Below the pieces are notes generated by a model. It was not told where the DNA came from, did not search any database, and was given only the letters and a program-made list of their open reading frames with translations. Position numbers and translations under genes: made by a program. This document shows, in pieces, positions 59,991 to 64,000 of a stretch of DNA of 64,000 bases. This DNA comes from Lama glama (Eukaryota), in the NCBI GenBank assembly GCA_028534125.1, contig CM052821.1, positions 4,650,001-4,714,000 of the forward strand, read 5' to 3'. How positions within the stretch are numbered: the stretch's first letter is position 1; each line of letters starts with the position of its first letter.

Positions 59991-62669
59991 CTGGTCAGAG
60001 GGAAAGGAGACGGGGCGGGTCGTTAGAGCCGGGAGCCCAGAATGATTAGTGGCTCTTTTGCCCTGGATCTTGGATTTCTCTCCTTCAAGGCGTGGGGTGA
60101 GGGAGAAATACTGACATGAAGAAGGGAGAACTCCAGAGGCAGGGAATGGGCGGTGAGGGATCAAATACAAAACAAACTGTTGAAGGGCCCTGCTGTAAGC
60201 CACCCCACCTCACGTCCCGAAGACTGTAAAGGCAAGAGGCCTACAAGCCGGGTGGTGGGGCTCTGCCCCGTCCACACTCTAGGACAGCAGTTCCCAGGCC
60301 ATTGGTAGGCACTCTTCCAGTTCCGGGAGCGGTGCTGGAGGACACAAAAGGCACCACCCTCACTGCGTGCCGTGCCGCTGAGGAACAGGGTAGGGCTGCA
60401 AAGACCTCCTCTGGAGAAGGGCAAGCCCTGCCCTGTGCTCCCTGCCCTCTCATACCTTAGCTTTCTTCCCAGCATCGACAGAAGCGGGAGGCGAGCTCAC
60501 ACACTGCGGAGCCCACTCCCAAGCTCTCCCTGGCACGGGGGTGGAGATGCAGGCTGCTAAANNNNNNNNNNNNNNNNNNNNNNNNNNNNNNNNNNNNNNN
60601 NNNNNNNNNNNNNNNNNNNNNNNNNNNNNNNNNNNNNNNNNNNNNNNNNNNNNNNNNNNNNNNNNNNNNNNNNNNNNNNNNNNNNNNNNNNNNNNNNNNN
60701 NNNNNNNNNNNNNNNNNNNNNNNNNNNNNNNNNNNNNNNNNNNNNNNNNAGTTAATACACCAGGGACAGAAAAAAATTTCTTCAGGAGGGGGAGAATATG
60801 GAGGGAGAGGAGAAGGGTGTCCTTTCTCCTCTCTTTCAATAGATCCTAAGTTAGAAACTTCACACTGAGGAAGTCAGGAGGTGGCAAGCTTGGTGCAGAC
60901 TGCAGACCTAGGGCTGGAACCCTGAGCCTGCAAGAGAATTCCCTGGAAAAATGCAGGCAGGGTGACAAGGGAGAAGGGAAAGGGACAGGAGTGATGGGCA
61001 TGGGCGGGCTACTTCTCTCATCTGGACCCTGCTTTGTGCAAAAACCAAGGTTCCAAAGCTTTTCTCTGTTCTGATGCTGATGACAGAGGAGGTCAAAGTC
61101 TAAGCATGGCAAGTAGGGAAACAGGGCAACTAAGAGACAGAAGCACTTTAGGTTTTATGTGGAGTAGTCACAGGTAGTTGGAAGAATTCTCAATATTCTG
61201 GTGCCAATGAATATGAGTTAATAGGGCCAGTCCCAAGACCCTGAGCTCAAAATAAGTCTCTGTCTTGCTCCTAAANNNNNNNNNNNNNNNNNNNNNNNNN
61301 NNNNNNNNNNNNNNNNNNNNNNNNNNNNNNNNNNNNNNNNNNNNNNNNNNNNNNNNNNNNNNNNNNNNNNNNNNNNNNNNNNNNNNNNNNNNNNNNNNNN
61401 NNNNNNNCCACCACTAGCAAACCAGATACCTTCCCCTGGTCCCACTGGGGCTGCAAGAGGATACAGAGGTGCCTCTGTATGTCCCCATCCCAACCTGGTT
61501 AGATTTTGACATTTCCCACTGAAAATGACCAAGTAGTGAATGAACTGAATTGAGGGAGGGGACATTTCAACAAAGGACTCCAAAGTAGCAGAAACAGTTT
61601 CTATGAGCCAGACTCACAGAGGGTTTAATCAAGGTAGGTCGTGCTGTTATTTCCAAGTATTATGCTACAGTTATTTTCCAAATTACTCTCCCTCCCTGGT
61701 CTGCACAGGTAGGTATGGAATGTGACTAGATTAATTAATAGGCACTGCACGAGGCTATCTGAAAAGAGGGCTAACTGCCCTAGTGTACTTGGAAGTTTCT
61801 GCAGTCCCAATGCAGCAGCAATGCAGAGGCATAAAGCAAGCCTTCCCTAAACCACCCACACACTGAGCAGAGGGAAATGAGCACGCATGCGCACAAACAC
61901 ACCCCAGTTCTGAATGCAGCCCAGTGAGACATTTATCTTCCAAGATTTCCCCTAGGATCCCAATTCCTCCACTCTACCCTGACCACCACCACTTAACTCG
62001 CCAAGAGAAAAACCAATCTGAATTTGGGGGGAGTTAAGGAGCAGTTAAGTAGAGGATGCGTCTAAGAAACACGCAGGAGCCTGGAGATAATGAGCAGGAG
62101 AGGAGTGCTCTTTCATTATCAAGACTCAAGCTCTGAGGAAACTGGCTCTCATAAGGAAATCAGAGCCTTAGCCTTAATGGTTACACTCAAACTCAAAGCA
62201 TATCCCTTTGCAAAAGCTCCTCTATTCCTGCAGCTTCCAAGGAACCAGCCAACCAGGGAAGGAAGAAGAGGAAGGGAGGGGAGTCGGTGGTACGTGTGTG
62301 GAAGGTGTCTGCAAGCTCACATTCCTACACTTTCTACTCAACATTACTTACCACTGACACCCTTCTCCTGTGCTATGAGGCAAGGCTGTTGCTTTGCTAC
62401 CTCCCTTTCCTGGCCTTACGTAGGTAACCCACAGTCCTCACAGGAGCCAAACATATCCTCCAAGTGTATGTTTAACAAAGACCCATGAGTACGGAGGAAA
62501 GAATCGCTGCCAAGGACCCGCAGCCTCTGCCGAGGTAAAATGCCCCATGAGGCTCCAGGAGGTTTCTGGTTCCATGCAAAGAACCAACCTTAGCTCAAGG
62601 AGTTAAGAGTGGGAGTAAAGGGAACCGAGTCTTTAAAGAAGAGGGGTGATGAAGAATGTAAGCGTCCCC

Positions 62670-62780
62670 CACTTGGATTCTTGAGGACAGAAATTTTTGT
62701 TTTGTTCACTGATTCATTACAAGTGTCCAGAACAAGGCCTGACACACACTAAACTCTCAATATTTGTTGAATGATTATGA
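62670..62780. mobile_element. L2 3' end
   Basis: cttgaggacagaaatttttgttttgttcactg...ctcaatatttgttgaatga. Confidence 0.7.
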
Positions 62781-64000
62781 AAATAAATGAAGTTTGATAG
62801 TAAAGTTAAAATTTATGGATGCAGTAAGCATCGAGAGGACCCCCCTACATACAGGTAGGTTTTCTGGTGTGCTCATTTTGTGTGATATTACTACCAACTC
62901 CTCCTCCTCTGACAGACACTCCTGAGAGGTGCCCACCCTATATACACTGCTGTCTGGAATACTCTCAATACTCTCACAAACTAAGGGACTCTGTCTAGCA
63001 GAAAGAGGTCCCCTAGGGTCTCACCGAAAAGGTCACAAATAGAGCAGCTTTCCTAACTCCTAATTCCCCATGGAAAGATCTGCCCGTAAAGCAGGCTCAA
63101 TTCTATAGCGACTTAGATCCTCGAGGCACCAAAAGGGAGACACCCCTGGGAAGGAGTTTCCTTAAGAGAGCAAAAGAAGTCCATAAGGAAGGAAATTTAG
63201 AAGAAATACTTTTTCCCACAAAGTCTTCCCTGGAACTCTTTAGCTCTGTTCCTCTATCTGCATTCACAGCAACCTTAGAGAGCTTCCCAACGGTTAAAGT
63301 GGGCATTGATCTGGCACAAGCAACTGGTGCTTGCAGCCACAGAGTCTGGCATCCCTAGAAAGAATGGGATCCCAAAGCAAAGAAAAATCCTTATGGCCAC
63401 CAGCCAAACAGAAGAGTCAGACAAGGTCCTCTGTGGCCAACGGGGTGAGAGAGGGCCTGAAAAACAGCTGGCAAAGAGCAAGACAGATTCCTGGGTTCTG
63501 CTCCCAGCTCTTTGCACTGGCTTCCAAGAAGATGCTATCAAAGAAACCTCAAAATAGAAACATGGATCTTCCTGGACAGAATTAAAAACAGGCAAAGGAA
63601 GGCAAGGAGAGGACAAGAAGTGACTTACTACAGGTCTGAACGGCATAAGAAGGTGCTAGACAAAAGGCAGGTCATTTCAAACTTCCAAAGGAATAATCCA
63701 CTAAATAAAGCTGAGAACTTAGGCAAAGGCTTAAATGCCACTTTAACTCCCCGCTCTGCTACAGCCAGAGCCAGCGGCTTCTTTACTTCTCCTGCCACCT
63801 CCTGACTGCAGCTGGTTCCACTTCAGCGGGGGCCTTTACCTCTCCGGAGTGGGGAGGGCCTGGAGTTCCTCTCATATCATAAAACCAGCCAGTTTAAAGG
63901 CCCCAGAAGCCATTACTGATCATGTAATTTCATTTTCAGTTTTTTGCAAAGGGCAAGTTTATAAATAACTCCCATCTATTAAGAAATGGGCTTCCTGGAC

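Larger units (their letters stand above)
37089..61407. other. Assembly gaps (8 N-runs)
   Basis: 37089-37523, 37633-37780, 45689-45828, 47792-48003, 51969-52302, 59523-59726, 60562-60749, 61276-61407. Confidence 0.99.

Noticed and set aside
60000-64000. MIR148B hairpin expected in COPZ1 intron 1
   Set aside because: The mature sequence was not found on either strand; it probably lies beyond the window.
1-64000. CRISPR arrays, rRNA, operons or other prokaryotic/viral systems
   Set aside because: No regularly spaced direct repeats, rRNA motifs or long intronless foreign ORFs; the sequence is ordinary mammalian genomic DNA.

Overview
Mammalian draft-assembly genomic DNA with eight N-gaps, very probably from a camelid: five copies of a tRNA-Ala-derived vic-1-type SINE are present. 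The window is syntenic with human 12q13.13. On the + strand lie ITGA5 exons 2-30 (384-13100; exon 1 is upstream of the window), the complete ZNF385A/Hzf gene (17805-36970, with up to three first exons) and GPR84 (CDS 41822-43015). Convergently on the - strand lie COPZ1 exons 3-9 (59990-54069; exon 2 is probably inside an N-gap, and exon 1 and MIR148B are beyond the right edge). Exon boundaries were traced by hand (all GT-AG) and all four reading frames are intact. The interspersed repeats are MIR, L2, MER45A, MER58C, MER117 and the camelid SINEs. I see no convincing wholly new gene system. The best leads are regulatory or isoform-level: (1) a co-oriented CTCF motif 0.3-0.85 kb after the poly(A) signal of each of the three tandem genes; (2) a candidate poison exon in COPZ1 intron 5; (3) a very weak donor at ITGA5's last intron, whose retention would swap the GFFKR tail; (4) a GAP-to-GAA change in an ITGA5 FG-GAP repeat; (5) a miR-92-family site overlapping the ITGA5 poly(A) signal, plus a miR-148 site; (6) a perfect POU-type palindrome in ZNF385A intron 1; (7) an orphan CpG island carrying a PBX-HOX site. 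Comparisons to human proteins and repeat consensi are from memory and should be confirmed by alignment.
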